DNA of 64,000 bases from the human T2T-CHM13v2.0 reference genome, Homo sapiens: NCBI RefSeq assembly GCF_009914755.1, contig NC_060929.1; one strand, given 5' to 3'. Below, one piece after another: positions 42,691-54,299 of this stretch (position 1 is the first letter of the stretch; each line of letters starts with the position of its first letter). Both the position numbers and the translations under genes were made by a program. Below the pieces are notes generated by a model that worked only from the letters and a program-made list of their open reading frames with translations, was not told the DNA's origin and did no database searches.

Positions 42691-43076
42691 TCACTCTTGT
42701 TCATGTTCTTTTTTATCACCACCACGGTGCTATGACAGGTTCAGTCCCTCTTTACCTTTCACTTGAGCAAATTATAGCACACTCATAGCTACTTCCAAAG
42801 TCCTCCTTCCAACCCCATTTCTCCAATCCAAGCTGCATATGCTAAACCAAAGCAGAGATTTGATGGTGTCACTCTATAATTCCTCAGCATTAGCACGATA
42901 AAGGACAAACCCTTCAGTACAGCATTCAAGGTTCTCCATAACTTAGCCTATTCTATTATCTGTATCTCCCATCCCTCTCGTGTTGTGCTGTAGCTCTACT
43001 GAATTACTCACAGCTTGCTGAAAAGAGCATATATTATTTGGTTTAGTGATTTTGTTCACACTCCTGCCTCTGCCTG

Positions 43077-43440
43077 TGATATGGTTTGGCTGTGTCCCCA
43101 CCCAAGTCTCATCTTGAATTGTAGCTCCCATAATTCCCACATGTTGTGGGAGGCACCTGGTGGGAGATAAATGAATCATGGGGGCCGTTTCCCCAAAACT
43201 ATTCTCATGGTAGTAAATAAGTCTCACAAGATCTGATAGTTTTAGAAGGGGAAACCCTTTTCACTTGGCTCTCATTCTCTGTCTTACCTGCCACCATGTA
43301 AGACATGCCTTTTACCTTCTGCCATGATTGTGAGGCCTCCCCAGCCACGTGGAACTGTGAGTCCATTAAACCTCTTCTTTTTTATAAAGCACCTAGTCTC
43401 TGGTATATCTTTATCAGCAGTGTGTAAAGGGACTACTATG
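43077..43440 (+). mobile_element. THE1 (C/B-like) MaLR solo LTR with 5-bp TSD
   Basis: TGATATGGTTTGGCTGTGTCCCCACCC..GTGAGTCCATTAAACCTC; TSD GCCTG at 43072-43076 and 43441-43445. Confidence 0.93.
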
Positions 43441-44250
43441 GCCTGAAATATCTTCTTCCAACTCAGTCCTTATTTCAGCACACCTAGAAATCTCCCTAGT
43501 TAACTTATGAGCTGAGTTTTGAAAGACATTTCCTCTATTAAGAATTTCCTGTTACTTCCCCCAACACCCATTTCCTCTTCCTAATTCAGAAAGAAAACTA
43601 CTTTTTGTGTCATACACCATACTCCATACACAGTACTTACCTTAGACCTAGCCAACTAAGGTTTCTGAGCCAGGCCCAGTACTACTCTGTCTTTTATTTG
43701 ACTGTGATCTTCCCCATGGAGCAAGGAATCCAAAAGAAAAAACAAGGACTTGAGCAACACAAAACTAGAAACCTGTGTCTCCCCTACCTTGTAGACCCAA
43801 TAACTTGGGTCTCAGAATTCTCTGCTCGGTGGTCCTGATCCCTCTTCCAGAGCCTGCAAAGGCCTCTTTTCATCTGACTCCCAAGGGTCCCATACTATCA
43901 ACATACTCATCCCTCAGCCACAGGGATCAAAAAGGGCTAATTATTTGGACTAAGGGGGTAGACGAGGAATAAAATTAAGCATGAAATTTGAAGTGTCTAT
44001 ATATGGATGCAAGGTTCTACGTGGTGTAGGATGGAGCTAGGGATGAGAGGAGAATGTAGTGGGAGGGTGGAGGCACCATCTGTTCTCTTTTCTTAAAAAT
44101 GATAGGGTAGTATAATTATATACCTGGCTGTATAGTTTCTGTCAGAGAATCTATAAATATTTCTTGTTAACCAACCTTATAAACATTTCCACAACTTAAA
44201 TGTATGAATATAGTCCTATCTTATTTCACATTCAAACTTAAAAAAAAAGC

Positions 44251-44415
44251 ACAGTTCATTCTCATTTTCATGCTAGCTATGTTCTATAAAGTGTCATGAA
44301 CAGTAAATTAGAGAACACTGAACCACTGCTCCTAGAGGAAATACAGGATTAGGTTCCTGTGAGCCTCTGGTTACCTTTCCATCAACTGATCAATGCATAG
44401 CCTTGTTTTAAGCAG
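44251..44415 (+). mobile_element. TcMar-Tigger fragment (MER6-like terminus)
   Basis: CAGTTCATTCTCATT..TATGTTCTATAAAG..CTGAACCACTGCTCCTAGAGGAAATACAGGATTAGGTTCCTGTGAGCCTCTGG. Confidence 0.65.
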
Positions 44416-44429
44416 AAACACATAGCCTA

Positions 44430-47400
44430 TAATTTTATTTTCTCTCCTTTCTTTGCATATAAGTTATACTTCTTTTGAAACATTTTTTAGTGGTTGCCCT
44501 AGAGTTTGCAATATGTATTTACAGCTATCCCAAGTCTACTTTCAAATAACATTATAGTGCTTCATAGGTAGTGTGAGCACTTTATAATAACAAATTAATC
44601 CTAATTCTTCCCTCCTGCTGTTATTCACTTTACTTATATGTAGGCATACATAAGCATATATATGTATATATATATATATATATGTAATTTAATATACTGT
44701 GGCTACCCCTGTTTTGAACAAACTTACCTGTTAGATCAAATAACAATAAGAAAAATAAAGGTTTTTATTTGCCTCCACTTATTCCTTCTTTAATGTTCAT
44801 ATTTTCCTTATATTTCTGACCTAGAACATTTTCCTTATTTCTAAAGGACTTCTTTTTAACATTTCTGGCAAGGTAGGTCTACTGGCAACAAATTTGCTCC
44901 ATTTTTGTTTGTCTGAGAAAGTCTTTATTCCTCCTCTTTTGAAGAATTATTTTTCAGGGAACAGAATTCTAGGTGGGAGTTTTTTTCTCAGCATTGTAAA
45001 TATTTCACTTCACTCTCTGCTTATTTGCAGGTCTGAGAAGCTGGATGAAATTCTTATGTTTGCTCCTTAATAAATAAGGTGTTTTTATTTCCTCTGGATT
45101 CCCTCAAGATTTTTTCTTTAACTTTTTGTTGTTTGAAAACAACTTCTCTAGGCATAGTTTTCTTTGCATATATCTTGCTTATTGTTGTCTGAGCTTCCTA
45201 CATCTGTGGCTTGGTGTCTGACATTAATTTGGGGGAAACTCCCAGTTGTCATTATTCAAATATTTCTTCTATTTTTTTTCTTTCTCTTCTTTGAGTATCC
45301 TCATTATGTGTATTTACACCTTTTGCAGTTGTCCCACAGTTCCTGAATATTCTGTTCCTATTGTTTTTAGTCATTATTTTCTTTGCTTTTCAGTTTTGGA
45401 GGTTTGTACTGATATATATTCAAGCTCAGAGATTCTTTTCTCAGCCTTATCTAGTCTACCAATAAGCCTATCAAAAGCATTCTTCAAGAAGTTCTTGATA
45501 CAGGAATTAGACTAGAGAATGAAATAAAGGGCATCCAAACTGGAAAGAAAGAAATCAAATTATCTTCATTTATGGATTATATGATCTTACATTTGGAAAA
45601 ACCTAAAGATTCTTTCAAAAAAAAATAACTATTAGAACTGATAAATTCAGTAAGGTTGCAGGATACAAAATTTACATAGAAAAATCAGTAGTATTTCTAT
45701 ATGCCAACAATGAGCAATCTGAAAAAGAAATCAAGAAAGCAATCCCAATTATAATAGCTGCAAATGAAATTAAATACCTAGGAATTAACCAAAGAAGTGA
45801 AAGATCTCTGCAGTGAAAACTATAAAACATTGATGCAAGAAATTGAAGAGTGCACACACAAAGAAAGAAAATATATTCCATGTCCATGAAATGGAAGAAT
45901 CGGTATTGTTAAAATGTTCATACTGCCCAAAGAAATCTACAGGATCTATACAATCCCTATCAAAATACAAATGACATTCTTCACAGAAATACAAAAAGCA
46001 ATCTTAAAATTTATACGAAATCACAAAAGACCCAGAGTAGCCAAAGCTATCTTGAGCAAAAATAACAAAACTGGAGGAATCACATTATCTGACTTCAAAT
46101 TATATTACAGAGCTATAGTAACCAAAACAGCATGCTACTGGCATAAAAGCAGACACAGAGACCAATGGAACAGAATGGAGAATCCAGAAGCCAATCCATA
46201 CATCTACAGTGAACTCATTTTTGACAAAACTGCCAAGAACACACACTGGGAAAAGAACATGCACTCTTCAATAAATGGTTCTGGGAAAACTGGATATCTA
46301 TATGCCAAAGAATGAAACTAGACTTCTCTCACCATATACAAAAATCAAATGAAAATGGATTAAAGACTTAAATCTAAGACCTCAGACTATGAAATTAGTA
46401 AAACAATACTTTCAGGAAAATCTCCAGGACATTGGCCTGGGCAAAGATTTCTTGAGCAAAACCCCACAAGCACAGGCAACCGAAACAAAAATGGACAAAT
46501 GGGATCACATCAAGTTGAAAAGCTTCTGTATAGCAAAGAATACAATCAACAAAGTGAAGAGACAACCCACAGAACAAGAGAAAATATTTGAAAACTACCT
46601 ATCTCTCAAGGAATCTATAATCAGAATATATAAGGAGCTGAAACAACTCTATAGGAAAATAATCTAATAATCTGATTTAAAATGAATAAAAGATCTGAAC
46701 AGACATTTTTCAAAAAAACACATATGAATGGCAAACAGGTATGTGAAAAAGTGTTCAACATCATTGATCATCAGAGAAATGCAAGTCAAAACTACAATGA
46801 GATGTCATCTTACCCCAGCTAAAGTGGCTTTTTTCTAAAAGACAGGCAATTAAAAGAAACTGAAAAAAAATAAAACATTTGCACCAGCCTAATAAATGCC
46901 AGAGAGAATGTGGAGAAAAGGGAACCCTTTACACTGTTGGTGGGAATGTAAATTAGTACAACCACTATGGAGAAAAATTTGGAGGTTCCTCAAAAAACTA
47001 AAAATAGAGCTAATATGTGATCTAGCAATCCCTGTGCTAGGTATATACCCAAAAGAAGGGAAAGCAGTATATCAAAGAGTTATCTGCACTCTCATGTTTA
47101 TTGCAGCAGTTTTCACAATAACCAAGATTTTGAAGCAACATAAGTGTTCATCGATAGATGAATTGATAAGGAAAATGTGGTATGTATACACAATGGAGTA
47201 CTATTCAGCCATAAAAGAAATGAGATCCTGTAATTTGCAACAACATGGATAGAACTGGAAGTCATTATGTTAAGTGAAATAATCCAAGCATAAAACGAGA
47301 AACTTCATGTGCTCTCACTTGTTTGTGGGAGCTATAGACTAAAACAATTGAACTCATGGAGATAGAGAGTAGAAGGATGGTTAGCAGAGGCTGGAAAGGG

Positions 47401-48320
47401 TTGCCAGGGGTGAGGAAAAAGTGATGATGGTTAGTGGGTACAAAAAGTAATCAGCACAAAATGAATAACATTTAGTATTTGATAGCACAACACGATGGCT
47501 ATAGTCAATAATAATTAAATTATACATTTAAAAATAACTGAAAGAGTATAATTGAATTGTCATACAGAGGATAAATGCTTGAGTTGATAGGTACCCCATT
47601 TTCCATTATGTGATTATTACACAATGCATGCCTGTATCAAAATATCTCCTATACCCCATAAATATATACACATACTATATACCCATCAAAATTAAAAATA
47701 ATAAATAATTCAAAAATTTTATAAAAAGCATTCTTCATTTCTGTTACAGTGTTCTTTAGCATTTCTTTTTGGTTCTTTCTCAGAATTTCCATCTCTCTGC
47801 TCATGTTGCTCATCTGTTCTTTCATGCTGTCTACTTTATCCATTAGGGCCCTTAGTATGTTAATCATGGTTGTTTTAAATTCCTGGTCTGATCATTCCAA
47901 CATCCCTGTCATATCTGAATGTAGTTTTGATGCTTGTTCTGTCTTTTCAAAGTATATATATATATATATATATATTTTGCTTTTTAGTATGTCTTCTAAT
48001 TTTTTTCTTGAGAGATACACACGACATACTGTGTAAAAGGAACTGTTGCAAATAGTCCTTTAGTAATGTGGTGGTAAGGTGGTGCTGGGAGTGTTCTATA
48101 GGCCTATGATTACATCTCAGTCTTTTAGGAAGTTTGTGTCTCTGGACAGTGAACTCCATACTTGCTTTTCACTTGCCCTCTTAGGCGAAACGGGAAGGAT
48201 GGAATAAGCTGAAGTTGTTATTTCTCTTCTCCCAAGTGAAGGCTATAGGTGTATAGTTGGGTATTTCCATTCCCTCAGGTCAGTTAGGTTTTGATAATGC
48301 CCCAGCAGATTAAGCTGTAG
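44430..48320 (-). mobile_element. Old L1M (L1MC/MD 5' region: ORF1 and inter-ORF), split by the L1MA insertion
   Basis: Minus-strand ORF1-like peptide MINILRALMDKVDSMKEQMSNMSREMEILRKNQKEML (47649-47867); TTTGTCTGAGAAAGTCTTTATT motif; continuous across the TSD. Confidence 0.8.
45487..47723 (+). mobile_element. L1MA2/L1MA3-like, 5'-truncated, with perfect 14-bp TSD
   Basis: ORF2 remnants (45914-47252) and an L1MA 3'UTR ending TACCCCATAAATATATAC..; TSD AAAAGCATTCTTCA at 45473-45486 and 47724-47737. Confidence 0.9.
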
Positions 48321-48496
48321 CTAAGACTACAGGCACACACCACCACACCCAGCTCATTTTTTTATCTGTATTTTTTGTAGAGATGGTATCTCACTATGTT
48401 GCCCAGGACGGTCTCAAACTTCTAGCCTCAAGTGATCCTTCCATCTCAGCCTCCCAAATTTCTGGAATTGCAGGAATGAATCACTACACCTCACCT
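48320..48496 (-). mobile_element. Partial AluJ
   Basis: GACTACAGGCACACACCACCACACCCAGCT..TGTAGAGATGG..GCCTCAAGTGATCCTTCC. Confidence 0.85.
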
Positions 48497-48925
48497 GGAC
48501 ATCCACTTTCACAAAACAAAAGGGGTGAATCTTGACAGAGACCTCATACCCTTCACAAAAAATTAACTCAAAATGGGTCACAGATCTAAATGTGAAATCT
48601 AAAACTATAAGTCTCCTAAAAGGCATCATAAGAGAAAAAATTTAGATGGCCTTGGATTGGCAATAATATTTTAGATATGACAACAAAAGTACAATTCATG
48701 AAAGAAATAATTAATAACCTGGACTTTATTAAAATGGAAAACATCTGTTCTAAAAAGGACAATGCCCAGAGAATGAGAAGACAGGCCTCAGGCTGGCAGA
48801 GAATATCTGCCAAAGACACATCTAATAAAAAACTGTTATCTAAAATATACAAAGAACTCTGTACCTTCCTTCAATTTTGCTGTTTACCTAAAACCATTTT
48901 TTTAAAATTTTCTTTAAAAGCTTTT
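48497..48925 (+). mobile_element. L1MC-type ORF2 fragment fused to its 3' terminus
   Basis: CCCTTCACAAAAATTAACTCAAAATGG..ATATACAAAGAACTCT, then directly GTACCTTCCTTCAATTTTGCTG..CCTAAAAC. Confidence 0.65.
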
Positions 48926-51900
48926 TGCAAAAAGTGATAATAGGAAAAAATGGCAGATAGAAGGCTGGACTAATTTGCAACTCCCACTCAGATAGACAAA
49001 GCAGCATGTGAAGACTTACATCGTGACCTTTTGCTCCAAGAACTACTACAAGGAACATACCAGGCAAGCCAAGAGAATCAACAGATCCTTTGAAAGAAAC
49101 AGCTTGGGGCTGCAGCCAAAAAGCTGTGAGTGCTCAAAGTGTGTAAGGAGGAAAGTCCACCGCTGAACACACATCCTTACCGGGAACCTGAAAGTCCAGA
49201 TCACGGGAGAAGGATCTAACCTCACCTGGAGCCGAGACAAATTTAGAGAGCCAAGAGAAATACAGGGGTAGAGGAAGCAGCGGTAAGAGCCCTGTGGGCA
49301 TTCTTGTTCCCCAAGGAAGCCATTTATGACTTTGTCTCACAGGGGTCCCTGCGGAGGGCTACCAGTGGAATTAGGGAAAGACCACAGGGAGAAGGAAACT
49401 TCCAGCTGAACTTTGTAATGGGGTGAACAGGAAGTGGAGATACTAGCACAGAAGCCTTGGCAGGCAGGGAGGCTCAAAACCTGAAAGCCCTGCTTGCTTT
49501 TTCAGCAGGGAGGCTTGCAGTCCAAAGCAAATTCTCAGCCCTGCTCACCTGCTGCCAGAAAATAAACTCAGTGCTGTAGTTGGGGGCCCGGTGGAAGTGA
49601 GACTGGACTTTCGGGTTGTGTGGAAACTGGATGAGGCCTGTCACTGCTGACTTTCCCCTACTTCCCTGGAAACCTGTAGGACACAGCAGAGGCAGCCATA
49701 ATCCTCCTCAGAACATAACTCCATTGGCCTGAGAACCACATGTGCACTCCCCACAGCAGCCACAGTAAGCCCTGCCCAAGAAGAGTCAGAACTCAGACAT
49801 GCCTAACCCTACCCCTACCTGATGGTCTTTCTCTACCCACCCTGGTAGCCGAAGACAAAGAACATATCTCTTGGAAGCTCCATGGCCCCACCTTCCACCT
49901 GAGAAACCCGAATACTTATCCAGGTGACCCTGGGGCAAGCTTGTATCCTCCCTATACTACTGCAGCTAATGCTGTCTTGAAAGTGCCACCTCCTGGCTGA
50001 AGGCCGACCAACACAAAATGCATGCACTGAACAAAACTACAAGGACACTCACAAAGTCCACTTCATTCCCCTGCTCTCTCCACCAGAACAGATGCTGGTA
50101 TCCATGGCTGAGAGACCTGAAGACAGATCACGTCACAGGACTCTTTGCAGACACTCCCCAGTACCAGCCTGGAGCCTGGTAGCTCCACTGGGTGGCTACA
50201 CCCAGAAGGTAAATAATAAGCACTGCAGTTTGACTTTTAAGAAGCTCCATCCCTAGGGGAAGGGAGAGAGCACCACACCAAGGGAGAAGCCCCATGGGCT
50301 AAAATCTGAATAGCAGCCCTTGAGCCTCAGATGTCCCCTCCAACATAGTCTATCCAAAAGAGAAGAAACCAGAAAAGCAATTCTGGTAATATGACAAAGC
50401 ATGGTTCCTTAACACCCGCAAAAGATCACAGTAGCTCACCAGCAATGAATCCAAACCAAGAACAATCTCTGAATTGCCATAAAAAGAATTCAGAAGGTCA
50501 ATTATTAAGCTACTCAAGGAGGCACCAGAGAAAGGTGAATACCAACTTAAAGAAATTTTTTAAATGATACAGGATATAAATGGAAAAATCTCCAGAGAAA
50601 TAAATAACATAAATAAAAAATAATCACAGCTTCTGGAAATGAAGAACACATTTACAGAAATGTAAAATACACTGGAAAGTATCAATAATAGAATCAAACA
50701 AGTAGAAGAAATAACTTCAGAGCTCAAAGACAAGGCTTTTGAATTAACCCAATCCTACAAAGAAAAAAGATCAAAAAGTAAAAATAAAGTGAATGAAACC
50801 TCCAAGAAGTTTGGGATTACATTAAATGACCAAACCTAAGAATAATTGGTATTCCTAAGGAAGAAGAGAAATCTGAAAGTTTGGAAAACATAATTGATGG
50901 AATAACCAAAGATAACTTCACTGGTCTTGCTGGAGATCTAGACATTCAAATACATGAAGCTCAAAGAACACTTGGGAAATTCATTGCAGAAAGGTCATCG
51001 CATAGGCACATAGTCATCAGGTTATCAAAAGTCAAGACGAAGGAAATCCTACAAACTAGAAGGGATTTAAACCATACCCTAGGATGGATTTAAACTATAA
51101 CCTAGAACAAATGGACTTAACAGATATTTATAGAACATTCTACCCAACAACTGCAGAATATACATTCTATTCATCAGCACATGGAACTTTCCCCAAGACA
51201 GACCGTACGACAGGCCACAAAACAAGCCTTGATAAGTTTAAGAAAATTGAAATTATATCAAGCCACTCTTCCAGACCACAATGGAATAAAACTGGAAATC
51301 AGCTCCAAAAGTAACCTTTAAAACCACGCAAATACATGGAAATTAAATAACTTGCTCCTGAACGATCATGAGGTCAACAATGAAATCAAGATGGAAATTT
51401 TAAGATTCTTTGAACTGAATAATAATAGTGACACAGCCTATCAAAACCTCTGGGCTATGGCAAAAACGGTGCTAAAAGGAAAGTTCATAGCATTACATAC
51501 CTACATCAAAAAGTCTGAAAGAGCACAAATAAATAATCTAAGGTCACACCACAAGGAACTAGAAAAACAAGAATAAATCAAACCCAAATCCAGCAGAAGA
51601 AAAGAAATAACAGAGATCAGGGCAGAACTAAATAAAATTGAAACAAAAAAAGATAAATGAAACAAAAAGATGGTTCTTTGAAAAGATAAAATTGATAGAA
51701 CATTAACAAGATTAACCAAGAAAACAAGAGAGAAGATCCAAATAAGCTCAATTCAAAAAGAAATGGGAGTTATTACAACAAATGCCACAGAAATACAAAA
51801 GATTATTCAAGGCTACTATGAACACCTTTATGCGCACAAACTAGAAAACCTAGAAGAGATGGATACATTCCTGGAAACACAATACCTTCCTAGATTAAAC

Positions 51901-53268
51901 CAGGAAGAAGCAGAAACTCTGAACAGACCAACAGCAAGCAGCAAGATTGAAATGGTAATTGAAAAATTGCCAAAAAAAAAAAAAAAAAAGTCGAGGACTA
52001 GACTTCACAGCTGAATTCTATCAGATATTCAAAGAAGAATTGGTACCAATACTATTGACATTATGCCAAAAAAAGAGAAAGAGGGAATCCTCCCTAAATC
52101 ATTCTATGAAGCCAGTTCTCTAATATCAAAATCAGGAAAAAATATAACAAAACAGGAAAACTACAGACCAATATCCCTGATGAACATAGATGCAAAAATC
52201 CTCAGCAAAATACTAGCTAACTTAATCCAACAGCATATGAAAAAGCTAATCCACGATGGACAAGTGGGCCTTATACCAGGGAGGCAGGGATGGTTTAACA
52301 TATGCAAGTCAATAAATATGATACACAAGATAAGCAGAGCTAAAAACAAAAATTACATAATCTCAATAGATGCAGAGAAAGCATTTGACAAAATCCAGCA
52401 TCCCTTTATTATTAAAAACCTCAGCAAAATCAGCATAGAAGGGACATACCTTAAGGTAGCAAAGCCATCTATGACAAACCCACAGCCAACATTATACTGA
52501 ATGGGGAAAGGTTGAAAGCATTTCCCCTGAGAACTGGAACAAGACAAGGATGCCCACTCTTACCATTCTATTCAGCATAGTACTGGAAGCCCTAGCTGAA
52601 GCAAACAGACAAGAGAAAGGAATAAAGGGCATCCAAATCGGTAAAGAGGAAGTCAGATTGTTGCTGTTCACCGATAATATGATCGTATACTTAGAAAACC
52701 CTAAAGACTAATCAAAAAAGCTCCTAGAACTGATAAATAAATTCAGTAAAGTTTCAGGATACAAAATCAATATACACAAATCAGTAGTACTGCTATACAC
52801 CAACAGCGACTAAGCTGAGAATCAAATCAAGAACTCAACCACTTTACAATAGCTGCAAAAAGAAATAAAATACTTAGGAATATACCTAACAAAGGAGGTG
52901 AAAGACTTCTACAAGGAAAACTAGAAAACATTGCTGAAAGAAAATCATAGACAACACAAACAAATGTAAACACATCCCATGCTCATGGATGGGTAGAACT
53001 GATATTGTGAAAATGACCATACTGCCAAAAGCTATCTACAAATTCAATGCAATTCCCATCATAATACCACGATGGTATTTTTTGCTAGTTCTTCACAGAA
53101 CTAGAAAGAACAATCCTAAAATTCATATGGAACCCAAAAAGATTCCACATAGCCAAAGCAAGACTAAACAAAAAGAACAAATCTGGAGGCATAACATGAC
53201 CCAACTTCAAACTATACTATAAGGCTATAGTCACCAACACAGCATGGTACTAGCATAAAAAATAGGCA

Positions 53269-54299
53269 ACAAAAGCCAAAATTGAAAAATTGGATCTAAT
53301 TAAACTAAAGAGCTTCTGCACAGCAAAAGAAACTACCATCAGAGTGAACAGGCAACCTAAAATATGGGACAAAATTTTCGCAAGCTACTCATCTGACAAA
53401 GGGCTAATATCTAGAATCTACAATGAACTCAAACAAATTTACAAGAAAAAAACAAACAACCCCATCAAAAAGTGGGTGAAGGATATGAACAGACACTTCT
53501 CAAAAGAAGACATTTATGCAGCCAACAGACACATGAAAAAATGCTCATCATCACTGGCCATCAGAGAAATGCAAATCAAAACAACAATGAGATACCATCT
53601 CACACCAGTTAGAATGGCGATCATTAAAAAGTCAGGAAACAACAGGTGCTGGAGAGGATGTGGAGAAATAGGAACACTTTTACACTGTTGGTGGGACTGT
53701 CAACTAGTTCAACCACTGTGGAAGTCAGTGTGGCGATTCCTCAGGGATCTAGAACTAGAAATACCATTTGACCCAGCCATCCCATTACTGGGTATATACC
53801 CAAAGGATTATAAATCATGCTGCTATAAAGACACATGCACATGTATGTTTATTGTGGCACTATTCACAATAGCAAAGACTTGGAACCAACCCAAATGTCC
53901 AACAATGATAGACTGGATTAAGAAAATGTGGCACATATACACCATGGAATACTATGCATCCATAAAAAATGATGAGTTCATGTCCTTTGTAGGGACATGG
54001 ATGAGGCTGGAAATCATCATTCTCAGTAAACTATCGCAAGGACAAAAAACCAAACACCGCACGTTCTCACTCATAGATGGGAATTGAACAGTGAGAACAC
54101 ATGGACACAGGAAGGGGAACATCACACTCTGGGGACTGTTGTGGGGTGGGGGGAGGGGGGAGGGATAGCATTAGGAGATATACCTAATGCTAAATGACGA
54201 GTTAATGGGTGCAGCACACCAGCATGGCACATGTATACATATGTAACTAACCTGCACATTGTGCACATGTACCCTAAAACTTAAAGTATAGTAATAAAA
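53269..54299 (+). mobile_element. L1PA3-like 5'-truncated insertion inside L1PB ORF2
   Basis: 3'UTR CATCACACTCTGGGGACTG..CCTAATGCTAAATGACGAGTTAATGGG..CACCAGCATGG; TSD AAAAAATAG(G/T)CA at 53257-53268 and 54300-54311. Confidence 0.93.
53290..54087 (+). pseudogene. L1 ORF2p C-terminal fragment (265 open codons, CCHC-like motif), lacking EN and RT
   Basis: ORF track [39 protein letters not shown]..; no ATG start context or promoter, so a fossil. Confidence 0.85.

Larger units (their letters stand above)
41440..43660 (+). mobile_element. L2 element fragmented by MIR, MER44 and THE1 insertions
   Basis: GACCTCTCCCTTGAGCTCCAGG, TTCCACTTGAATGTGTCA, AATTGGCACCAGCATC; resumes at 42700-43070 and 43445-43660. 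Confidence 0.6.
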
